A stretch of 57,321 bases of DNA, taken from a virus (Duplodnaviria; Caudoviricetes). Where the stretch lies: positions 1-57,321 of the IMG/VR virus record IMGVR_UViG_3300026097_000026; one strand, written 5' to 3'. Under the pieces are notes generated by a model that was given only the letters and a program-made list of their open reading frames with translations, was not told the DNA's origin and ran no database searches. The translations under genes were made by a program, and so were the position numbers. Positions 37,415 through 45,558 of the stretch are shown here, in pieces (position 1 is the stretch's first letter; each line of letters begins with the position of its first letter).

Positions 37415-37485
37415 TAAGTAATCAAAGGCTAAGAAGCAAAAGGCCACGATTTATTAAAAACGAATAAACAAAAAAAGAAAACAGA

Positions 37486-39213
37486 ATGTATTCTAATCAA
37501 TTAATTAATGAGGCTGAGGTTCGCCAAACATGGGCACCTATCATTGAGGAAGCAACTGGTGTAAAAGAAAATGAAAAGCTTTCTTGGATGTCAAAATATT
37601 GTCATTACCATAACCTTAATGAAAGTGTATATAATACGGTACACCTTAACCCTAACATGAACGTACAAGGTATGGGAGCAACTTCGTTCCCAGGAGATCC
37701 TGGTTCAATGAACAATTTTTCTAGCCAAACGGCTGGATCTGGTGATAAACCAATGTCACTTTTACCACTTGCTATGCAAGTTGCAGCTCAAACAGTAGGT
37801 TTAGATTTAGTACCTGTTGTACCAATGAGTGGTCCTATGGGAGTTTTAACTTACCTAGACTTTGTATATGGTGGTGGTCGTGATAGCAATGCTGGTGGAA
37901 AAGTTACAAAGAGCGCCCCTCTTTTAATTAAAGCCAATGTTGAATTAAGCGCAACTGGTGATGAATTTGCTGCTAACGAAGTATTCTTCGTAGGTACTGG
38001 TGATTATGGAGCATATGAGTTAACTTACGTAGGTAAGTCTCGTATTGATGGTTACCCAATCTTCCGTGTAAGAGGTAAATCAACAGATGTTGCACAAGGT
38101 GCTAATGCTTATGCACAAGGCGAAGAAGGTTATGAAGCAATCTATGAAGCAATTGTTGCTGATGGAAGTGCTACTGATCTTTACTCTGATGATGCACTTA
38201 ACACTTCAGTAGGTACATTTACTACTGCTGCTGAATATGTTAAAGCATTAGAAGATCATATTCCAGGTTTCTCAGGAAATGCGTTTGAATCAAACAACCC
38301 AACTACTGGTGCTTTAACTGCATCTGGTATTGATAGTACTGATCCATACGAAAGAGGAACAGGTGAATCAACACCAGATAACCTATTAGGTTTATCTTTA
38401 TTCAACAAATCAGTATCTGCTAAAACTTATCAAGTTGCTGCAGCAGTTACTCGTGAGCAAGTACAAGACCTTAAACAATTTGGTATTGACGCAGTTGCTC
38501 AAGTAGAGGCGGTATTAGTTAATGAATTAACACAAGACATTAACAAACTTATTCTTGATCGTATTTTCCGTAATGGTGCTACTAATGCTAACAACGTAAA
38601 TACTGTAGATGGAATTAATCTTTCTGCATATTTTGTTACTTCTGCAGGTAATACTACAGTTGATTTAGGTCCAGGTAATGATAGTAATGCTAATATTACT
38701 TTACCAGTTAATGGAACACTAGTTAACACAGGTGGAGAAACACAAGGATCGTTACAGCGTAGAATTCTTACTAAAATTCTTGCTGCGACTAACTTAATCT
38801 CTACTCGTGGTCGTAGAGGGCCAGCTACATTCGCAGTATGCTCTGGTCAAATCGGTACAGCATTACAAGATATCGCAGGATTTGTACCTTACCCATTAGC
38901 AAATACAGTTAATCAAGCAGGTGGATCATTATTCCCAATTGGTTCTGTTGCAGGTGTAACGGTTTATGTTGATCCTAACATGTCATGGAATGACTTAAGA
39001 GTTGCTATTGGTCGTAAAGGTGATGGTAATTCTCCTGGATTAGTATTTATGCCTTACTTAATGGCTGAATCTGTTGAAACAATCGCTGAAGGAACTATGG
39101 CTCCTAAAATCGCGGTTAAATCAAGATTTGCATTAGTAGACGCTGGATTCCATCCAGAAACAATGTACTACACTCTTGCATTTAAATTAGGTACTGGTGT
39201 AAACCTTATCTAA
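37486..39213 (+). CDS. gp23: major capsid protein gp23
   Basis: DLVPVVPMSGPMG, KSVSAKT...TREQVQDLK, ELTQDINK, RRGPATFAVCS, VFMPY, PKIAVKSRF. Confidence 0.92.
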   Translation: MYSNQLINEAEVRQTWAPIIEEATGVKENEKLSWMSKYCHYHNLNESVYNTVHLNPNMNVQGMGATSFPGDPGSMNNFSSQTAGSGDKPMSLLPLAMQVAAQTVGLDLVPVVPMSGPMGVLTYLDFVYGGGRDSNAGGKVTKSAPLLIKANVELSATGDEFAANEVFFVGTGDYGAYELTYVGKSRIDGYPIFRVRGKSTDVAQGANAYAQGEEGYEAIYEAIVADGSATDLYSDDALNTSVGTFTTAAEYVKALEDHIPGFSGNAFESNNPTTGALTASGIDSTDPYERGTGESTPDNLLGLSLFNKSVSAKTYQVAAAVTREQVQDLKQFGIDAVAQVEAVLVNELTQDINKLILDRIFRNGATNANNVNTVDGINLSAYFVTSAGNTTVDLGPGNDSNANITLPVNGTLVNTGGETQGSLQRRILTKILAATNLISTRGRRGPATFAVCSGQIGTALQDIAGFVPYPLANTVNQAGGSLFPIGSVAGVTVYVDPNMSWNDLRVAIGRKGDGNSPGLVFMPYLMAESVETIAEGTMAPKIAVKSRFALVDAGFHPETMYYTLAFKLGTGVNLI

Positions 39214-39237
39214 TCTAACCAAGTTAGTATAAATATT

Positions 39238-39267
39238 AAAAGAGGCTCATTACTGGGCCTCTTTTTT
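39238..39267 (+). terminator. rho-independent terminator after capsid gene
   Basis: AAAAGAGGCTC-attact-GGGCCTCTTTTTT. Confidence 0.8.
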
Positions 39268-39282
39268 GTTTTAAATTTTCTA

Positions 39283-39290
39283 ATATATAA
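39283..39290 (+). promoter_or_regulatory. putative late promoter ATATATAA
   Basis: Between a terminator and the next ORF. Confidence 0.55.
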
Positions 39291-39312
39291 ACTATAAAAA
39301 AAATATAAAAGC

Positions 39313-39855
39313 ATGAATTTATTATCTTATGAATCTTATACTACTCTAAATGAATCAATCAATTCTTTTGATTCTGAAATTGAAAAAGTATTAACTGAAA
39401 GCATAGGTGCTGCTTTAGGTAGTCCTGTAAAATTTACTAAAATTAAAAATAACCTTAAAAAATATCAAAAATCTTTAGTAAACCAATCTATTAATGATCT
39501 GGACTTAGAAAAGAAAAAGTCAGCTGGTAATTTAGACCCAGATAAAAAAGCTACTCTTGCGGCTGCAAATAAACAAAAAAATCAAGCACTTAAGGATCAA
39601 GCCGATGCAATAAGTGCTAGGATTGATCAATTAGCTACATCTGATGGATTAAAAAAGGTTGCTGCTGTAGGTAAAAATCGTGCAAAATTAGCAGCAGCAG
39701 AAACTGCAGCAAAAACTGCTGATGGTGAAGAAGCTAAAGCATTAAACTTAAAAATACAAAAACTAAACTCCAAAATATCTAAAGATGAAAAAGAGCTTAA
39801 AGATTATGCTAAAGCTAACTCAGATGAAAAACCTAAAGAACAAAAAGTAGACTAA
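39313..39855 (+). CDS. putative internal head protein, Lys/Ala-rich helical
   Basis: N-terminus MNLLSYESYTTLNES, second site VLTES. Confidence 0.6.
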   Translation: MNLLSYESYTTLNESINSFDSEIEKVLTESIGAALGSPVKFTKIKNNLKKYQKSLVNQSINDLDLEKKKSAGNLDPDKKATLAAANKQKNQALKDQADAISARIDQLATSDGLKKVAAVGKNRAKLAAAETAAKTADGEEAKALNLKIQKLNSKISKDEKELKDYAKANSDEKPKEQKVD

Positions 39856-39871
39856 ATAAAAAAATAATAAT

Positions 39872-40192
39872 ATGAAGCATTTACAAACATTTAATGAATC
39901 AGTTGAATCACAAATCAATGAAGCAAAAGGTGATATCATTGTTAAAAAATTAAATAATAAAATATTAGATACTATATTTGATAAGAGTCAAAATGTAAAA
40001 GCAGGGTATGATCCATCTGAAAAGGCAATAGAAATTTCAATGGATAATGATTTTATATTGACAATAGATGAATTAAAGAAATTAAATCAATTTGGGTTAT
40101 TGTATGAAACTGAGCAATTAGATATAGATTATGAAGATGAAGGCCCTGATGATATTAAATATATGAACATTTATTATTTTAAAATAAATTAA
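39872..40192 (+). CDS. putative internal head protein
   Basis: N-terminus MKHLQTFNESVESQINEA. Confidence 0.6.
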   Translation: MKHLQTFNESVESQINEAKGDIIVKKLNNKILDTIFDKSQNVKAGYDPSEKAIEISMDNDFILTIDELKKLNQFGLLYETEQLDIDYEDEGPDDIKYMNIYYFKIN

Positions 40193-40684
40193 ATGTACAA
40201 GGTTAGAAAAATCAATTTTGGGTGGTACAGAAGGCGGCATGGTATTCTTTTAGAAAACTTGCCGCCTTTAAAGAAAAAGTTACTCATAGATCATGATCAT
40301 ATGAAATGGTTAAATTCCGATGTTCAGGCATTTGAGGTTATTTTTAAAGTTGAAGATCACAACGACCATGAAAGAAAAACTCGTAAGGTTTTTTGGAATC
40401 CTTTTAGAGAAACTTTTACAAAAATTAAACAAATAGAAAAAGATTCAAATCTAGTAGATTGGAACTGTGCAATATGTAAAGAACCAATTAAGTCAAGAAT
40501 GAGCTTTAAAAAGATTGAAAACTTTGTTTGTAATAAATGTAGAGAATCTCATAATTCAAAAAATAAACAAATTGACCAAAGAATTATAGATTCTACTAAT
40601 AAGTTTATGAAACATTGTAAAGGTCTATTAAGAAGGGAGCAACGTGAATTTATAAATTATGCAAAAAAATCATCAAAGAGATAA
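40193..40684 (+). CDS. hypothetical basic protein with C4 zinc finger
   Basis: CAIC...CNKC. Confidence 0.6.
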   Translation: MYKVRKINFGWYRRRHGILLENLPPLKKKLLIDHDHMKWLNSDVQAFEVIFKVEDHNDHERKTRKVFWNPFRETFTKIKQIEKDSNLVDWNCAICKEPIKSRMSFKKIENFVCNKCRESHNSKNKQIDQRIIDSTNKFMKHCKGLLRREQREFINYAKKSSKR

Positions 40685-41458
40685 ACATTTTTCTAATGAT
40701 ATTTTAGTAAAACATGTAAGAGTACTTCTTTCTGATGCATTATATACTTTAATACCTTTCTTTTTTAATTCTTCTGCAATATGTGGAAATGAAACAACAA
40801 ACCTTTTTTCATAAATATGTTTGCTAGTAGGATTAACTGGGTATCCATCATGAAAATGTGTTTTATTTCCATTTCCTCCCATATCAAAACCTAACAAGAC
40901 TATTCTAGTTGCTCCTAGGTGGTATGCTAAATTTATTGCTGCATATCCACTATTATCACCATGTGCTAATGATCTATTATCAGTTTCCAAACCGTGTCTA
41001 ATACCTTTTTTTAATAGTCTTACGTCATTAGTATAAGGTGCACCTGAATTAATTGTATATTTTACTGCATTTGATGCATCAATATCTTTTTTATACCATC
41101 TATAAAACCTAGCATCAGTCCAATATATTACTTGTGCAGTTGGTATTGACATAAATGACTTATTGATTGCTATTACTGATTTATTGGATAATGAATTCCA
41201 ATTAAAACCTTGTAATGATGGACCTCCACCTATTACATATACAGTTTTTCCTTTAAATATTGGAATAACAGAAGAGTATGTTAAGTTAGATGGGTTTCTA
41301 CGAGGCCTATTCCTCTTTAAATTATTAGGTGATATAACTGTTGGTGTTTTAGTAGTTTTTCTTTTAGCCTTCTCTAAACTTCTTATTCCTCGTCTCCTTA
41401 CTCTTGATTTTGGAATCTTTTTAGGATTAGTCATTATTTTTTTTATTGTGTTTGCCAT
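40673..41458 (-). CDS. MptE/Maf (DUF115-like, sialyltransferase-like fold) protein with basic N-terminal tail
   Basis: VYVIGGGPSL, VIAINKS, NSGYAAINLAYHLGATRIVLLGFDM, THFHDGY, VYNAS. Confidence 0.75.
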   Translation of the reverse strand: MANTIKKIMTNPKKIPKSRVRRRGIRSLEKAKRKTTKTPTVISPNNLKRNRPRRNPSNLTYSSVIPIFKGKTVYVIGGGPSLQGFNWNSLSNKSVIAINKSFMSIPTAQVIYWTDARFYRWYKKDIDASNAVKYTINSGAPYTNDVRLLKKGIRHGLETDNRSLAHGDNSGYAAINLAYHLGATRIVLLGFDMGGNGNKTHFHDGYPVNPTSKHIYEKRFVVSFPHIAEELKKKGIKVYNASERSTLTCFTKISLEKCLSL

Positions 41459-41476
41459 ATAGTTTATTTATTAACA

Positions 41477-41504
41477 TAAACCAAATAGAGTTTTGTCCAT
41501 ATAA
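41477..41504 (+). promoter_or_regulatory. putative early/middle promoter TAAAC-N18-TATAA
   Basis: Copy of the motif upstream of the clamp loader. Confidence 0.6.
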
Positions 41505-41522
41505 AAATAAAAATATAGATAA

Positions 41523-42482
41523 ATGAAAAATATTCAAAATTTTCTTCTTACTGAAAAATACAGACCTAAAAATTTAGATGATCTTATTACTCCTAATAGA
41601 GTAAAAAGTAAATTAGAAAAAGGTGTATACCAGCATTTATTATTGTATGGTAGTCCTGGTACTGGTAAAACATCTGCGGCTAAGGCATTAGTAAAACATT
41701 TTAATCACCCATTTCTTTATATTAATGCATCAACAGATACATCAGTTGATATTGTTAGAAATCGTATTACTGATTTTTGTGCAAATCGTTCTATTATGGA
41801 TGAACCAGGTAAAATGAAAGTTATTATTCTTGATGAAATTGATGGAGTATCTGATCAATTTTTTAAAGCACTTCGTGCAACAATGGATCAATTTTCAGTG
41901 AATGCTAGGTTTGTTGCTACATGTAATTATATTAATAAAGTACCAGATCCAATACAATCAAGATTTGAAATGATTGATTTTGATTTTTCTAAAGAAGAAG
42001 AATCTGAAATCATGAAAGGGTACATCATGAGAATTCTTAGTATATGTAAAGAAGAAGATTTAAAAATTGATAAGTTTGCAGCTGTTGAATTAGTAAAAAG
42101 AAAGTTTCCTGATTTAAGAAATATGTTAAATACCATACAAGGATTTAAATCACAAGGGAAAGATGAGGTTACTGTTAATGACATTAAGAAGTTTAATTCA
42201 GTTTATAAAGATGTGTATGAATTAATAATGGATAATACTGACCCTGTTCAAAATTATAAACACATGGTTTCAAATTATTCAAATAGAGTAGATGAAGTTT
42301 TACAATCATTAGGTGCTGAATTTATTGAATACATTAAACAAGAAAGACCCGCTAGTATATCTCTTATACCCCAAATAGTTGTATGTGTTGCAAAGTATCA
42401 GTCACAAAGACATATTGTAATTGACCCTGTAGTTTGTATGCTTGCATGCTGCTATGAAATTCAAACTATTGTTAACTCTTAA
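41523..42482 (+). CDS. gp44: clamp loader large subunit gp44 (RFC-like AAA+)
   Basis: EKYRPKNLDD, GSPGTGKTS, INAS, ILDEID, TCNY, PIQSRF. Confidence 0.92.
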   Translation: MKNIQNFLLTEKYRPKNLDDLITPNRVKSKLEKGVYQHLLLYGSPGTGKTSAAKALVKHFNHPFLYINASTDTSVDIVRNRITDFCANRSIMDEPGKMKVIILDEIDGVSDQFFKALRATMDQFSVNARFVATCNYINKVPDPIQSRFEMIDFDFSKEEESEIMKGYIMRILSICKEEDLKIDKFAAVELVKRKFPDLRNMLNTIQGFKSQGKDEVTVNDIKKFNSVYKDVYELIMDNTDPVQNYKHMVSNYSNRVDEVLQSLGAEFIEYIKQERPASISLIPQIVVCVAKYQSQRHIVIDPVVCMLACCYEIQTIVNS

Positions 42483-42491
42483 AAATATATT

Positions 42492-42665
42492 ATGAGAAAT
42501 GAATTTTTAAATGCATTAATATCTAAATACCCAAATTCATTAGAATTAGGACAAGCAGTCCAGCACTGGGTACACTTTAAAAAGGATAAAATTAATATAG
42601 GAATAACTGATGAATCTGAAATTGAGAGAATTTTTTTAGAGAAAAATTTTCAATTCAGACCTTAA
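42492..42665 (+). CDS. small hypothetical protein (KYPNxxELG motif)
   Basis: 57-aa ORF missing from the track, MRNEFLNALISKYPNSLELGQAV...FQFRP; fills the intergenic gap. Confidence 0.55.
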   Translation: MRNEFLNALISKYPNSLELGQAVQHWVHFKKDKINIGITDESEIERIFLEKNFQFRP

Positions 42666-42695
42666 TTTGTTATATTTATATAAAATAAACATACT

Positions 42696-43940
42696 ATGAG
42701 AAAAAACGGAAGGCATACACTAGTAATAGACGGTAATTATTTCTTATTTAGAACTTTACACGTATTACCTAAACCTGCTAAAGGTAAAGATATCTTAGGA
42801 ACTAAAAAAGATATGAGTGTTTATATTCGTAAGCTATCAACTGATCTTTCATATCAAATCAGATTATTTGAGGGTTTAATTGATAATGTCGTCTGGACTT
42901 TAGATTCCAGGTCATGGCGTAAAGATTTTTACCCAGATGCAGATTATAAAGGAAATCGTGAACCTAATAATAAAATTAATTGGAATAATTTTTCTAATGT
43001 AACCGAAGAATTTAAACAAATACTTGCTCGTAAAGGCGTTATTATTAGTAAGGTTGATGGTGCTGAAGGTGATGATCTTATGTATGCATGGAATACCGAA
43101 TGTATATCACAAGAAAAATCAGTTATACTATTTACAGGAGATCGTGATCTTATTCAATTGGTTAATTATAATCAATTAAATGGTTGCCATACTATTTTAT
43201 TTTCACCAGTTAACAAAAAATTATATACATATCAAGGATTTTCTAATTGGTTAAACTCAACAGAAGAAACTGAAAAAGATAATATAGATTTATTTGATTC
43301 TTTAAAAACCCAAATATCACCAGAAAATAGAGTTAAAAAATTATTAAATCAATTTATTAGTCGTAAAAAGATTACTGTTGATGAAATTGATATAAAAGAA
43401 TTTAGTTTTTGTAAAGTTTTAACAGGTGACTCTGGTGATAATGTACCATCTGCATATTGGTACAAGAAAACTTCAAAAGATGGTAAGAGTCGTACTTATA
43501 GAATCAGTGAAAAAAAGGCACAAGCTATTGTAACTGAATTTAAGAAGAAACATAATGACCTTAATATACTTTACTTATTTAATGAAGATTGTTTAATAGA
43601 CCTTAGAAATATCTTAGTAAAAGTTATGAAAGCTACTCATATGAGCCCAGAACAAATTTTGGTTAATATCAAAAATAATATAAGCTTAATGATCTTAAAT
43701 TCTAAAACTATACCAGAAAGTATATTAGATGAAATGTTTAAAACAATTGAAACTAAAATGAATTATGATTTAGTTGATCTCAAGGGTATATCTACTATGG
43801 ATAAACTATTAGAAAATACAGAACATGCTAAATCACCTATTGATATGTCAGCCAAAATATTAAATGAAGATGATGATGATGATAATGATGATTCATGGTC
43901 ATTTATTAAAGATAAAAAATCAAAAGGCAAAATATTTTAA
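42696..43940 (+). CDS. rnh: T4 RNase H-like 5'-3' exonuclease (FEN family)
   Basis: VIDGNY, DSRSWRKDFYPDADYKGNR, AEGDDL, TGDRDLIQL, LTGDSGDNVP. Confidence 0.88.
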   Translation: MRKNGRHTLVIDGNYFLFRTLHVLPKPAKGKDILGTKKDMSVYIRKLSTDLSYQIRLFEGLIDNVVWTLDSRSWRKDFYPDADYKGNREPNNKINWNNFSNVTEEFKQILARKGVIISKVDGAEGDDLMYAWNTECISQEKSVILFTGDRDLIQLVNYNQLNGCHTILFSPVNKKLYTYQGFSNWLNSTEETEKDNIDLFDSLKTQISPENRVKKLLNQFISRKKITVDEIDIKEFSFCKVLTGDSGDNVPSAYWYKKTSKDGKSRTYRISEKKAQAIVTEFKKKHNDLNILYLFNEDCLIDLRNILVKVMKATHMSPEQILVNIKNNISLMILNSKTIPESILDEMFKTIETKMNYDLVDLKGISTMDKLLENTEHAKSPIDMSAKILNEDDDDDNDDSWSFIKDKKSKGKIF

Positions 43941-43962
43941 AAATTAAAAAAATATATTAAAC

Positions 43963-43991
43963 AAGCGATAGTATTAATGCTGTCGCTTTTT
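43963..43991 (+). terminator. rho-independent terminator
   Basis: AAGCGATAGTA-tt-aa-TGCTGTCGCTTTTT. Confidence 0.65.
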
Positions 43992-43996
43992 GTTTT

Positions 43997-44024
43997 TAAA
44001 CTAAACAATATTCATAACATATAA
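43997..44024 (+). promoter_or_regulatory. putative early/middle promoter TAAAC-N18-TATAA
   Basis: Copy of the recurring bipartite motif. Confidence 0.6.
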
Positions 44025-44035
44025 ATATAAAAACA

Positions 44036-44446
44036 ATGAAATTATTTGATTATATAAAGGTACTCTTTGGTACTGATGCACAATGGGACAAATTAACAAA
44101 TTATGATAAATCTAAAAACGAGTTTATGATTAGAAGATTTATGAGCATTAAATTCCCAACGCAAGCAAGTCTATTTAATATAATGAAAACTGACCCAGTA
44201 GGTCAAGCTGAATGTTGGAGAATGATAGGTTCTAAATTTAATAGAGTACCTGGTTTTATTTACACTAAAGTAAAAAAAGTACCTAAGAGTACCGAGTGGA
44301 AACCTAATCAAACTGTTGTTAATGAATATCTTAGAATTAATCAAATAGGTAAGAGAGAGTTTGAAGAAGCTTTACGGTTTTTTCCTACTGAAACTAAAAA
44401 ATCTATAAAAACATTAGAAAAACAAATGGGTAATGATGATAACTGA
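44036..44446 (+). CDS. probable clamp loader small subunit gp62-like
   Basis: Size and LFDYIK...FMIRRFMS pattern resemble gp62 homologs; close to gp44. Confidence 0.45.
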   Translation: MKLFDYIKVLFGTDAQWDKLTNYDKSKNEFMIRRFMSIKFPTQASLFNIMKTDPVGQAECWRMIGSKFNRVPGFIYTKVKKVPKSTEWKPNQTVVNEYLRINQIGKREFEEALRFFPTETKKSIKTLEKQMGNDDN

Positions 44447-45095
44447 AAAATTTCAATTAACTATACCTACACACATTAGCTTTACATTATATAAATATGA
44501 TTATATTGATAGTGTTATAATTTCCAGAGTATTAAAAGAATGTAAAAACTATTCTTCTACATCTGATACTTATAAAATAAAAAAGGAAGACTTTATAAAT
44601 TCTATTAAATCATCATCTAGATTAAGAGCAGAAATTAAAAGAATTAAAAACCAAGAAGGTAATCCTAACTTTAAACCTAACTCAATTTATTTTTTATTTA
44701 ATATTATAGAAAGCTTAGTTAATTTAGACTGGGTATCTTTTAACATTTCACATGATAAAGAGTACTCTAGGTTATCAAAGTTTAATAAACAAGAAGTTTT
44801 AAACTTTTACTATAAAATAAAAGAAGGGTATGTTGATTTACCTAGTTTATTAGGAAGAGAAAAATTAGACTTATTTAATATGATGCTTATTAGTTTAAGT
44901 ATAATTGATAATAATTTTTTAAATAGATCTTCTTATTTTTATATAAAAGCATCCGATTTTATTGATATATTAACATCCAGTGTTTTTAATCCTTCATTAG
45001 TTTCTATTTCTGATGATATTCTTAGCATGATTGATCATAAAATAGATGAAGATAATCCTGTACTCTTAATTAAAACTGACTATACTATCTACTAA
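44433..45095 (+). CDS. hypothetical protein
   Basis: 220-aa ORF coupled to the upstream gene; no motif recognised. Confidence 0.6.
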   Translation: MMITEKFQLTIPTHISFTLYKYDYIDSVIISRVLKECKNYSSTSDTYKIKKEDFINSIKSSSRLRAEIKRIKNQEGNPNFKPNSIYFLFNIIESLVNLDWVSFNISHDKEYSRLSKFNKQEVLNFYYKIKEGYVDLPSLLGREKLDLFNMMLISLSIIDNNFLNRSSYFYIKASDFIDILTSSVFNPSLVSISDDILSMIDHKIDEDNPVLLIKTDYTIY

Positions 45096-45098
45096 AGA

Positions 45099-45106
45099 AT
45101 ATATAA
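45099..45106 (+). promoter_or_regulatory. putative late promoter ATATATAA
   Basis: Marks the switch from replication genes to morphogenesis genes. Confidence 0.5.
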
Positions 45107-45121
45107 ATAAAAAGTAGAGTT

Positions 45122-45553
45122 ATGTCAAATTTTTTAAATAAGTATTTCAATTCAAAACGAGAGTCTATGACTTATATTGTTATTTTACTTTGGGTAGGAA
45201 TGGGAATATTTGCATCTTATTACGGAACTAACTTTAAAGATTTAGCTGCATATTTTATTTCACTTACTGGTTTTATTGCTGCTTATATCTTTGGTGAAAC
45301 TAAAAGAAAAAGTACCAGTTCTTCAATACTTAAAAAAGGATCAAATAGCAAAAGAGAATTATTAACTTATTTAGTTATTCTTATATGGGCAACTGTAGGT
45401 GGTTGGGTTATATACAATAGTGGAGATTTAAAAGGTTCTAGTGCTTATTTTGCTGCATTAACTCCCTTTGTAGGATCGTATATTATAGGTGAAACTTTTA
45501 GAGAAAATAAATCATCTATAGAAAAAGAATCTTACACTCAAATTAATTCATAA
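45122..45553 (+). CDS. 4-TM membrane protein with internal duplication (holin candidate)
   Basis: Two copies of SKRE..TY.VIL.W...G...AYF..LT.F...YI.GET. Confidence 0.65.
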   Translation: MSNFLNKYFNSKRESMTYIVILLWVGMGIFASYYGTNFKDLAAYFISLTGFIAAYIFGETKRKSTSSSILKKGSNSKRELLTYLVILIWATVGGWVIYNSGDLKGSSAYFAALTPFVGSYIIGETFRENKSSIEKESYTQINS

Positions 45554-45558
45554 ATTTA

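Noticed and set aside
37427-37445. GGCTAAGAAGCAAAAGGCC in the capsid leader as a regulatory hairpin
   Set aside because: Stem of only about 4 bp and a single copy; cannot be supported without comparative data
42648-42680. TTATATTTAT upstream of RNase H as a Bacteroidota-type -7 promoter
   Set aside because: Single imperfect match to TAnnTTTG in AT-rich DNA; too weak to call
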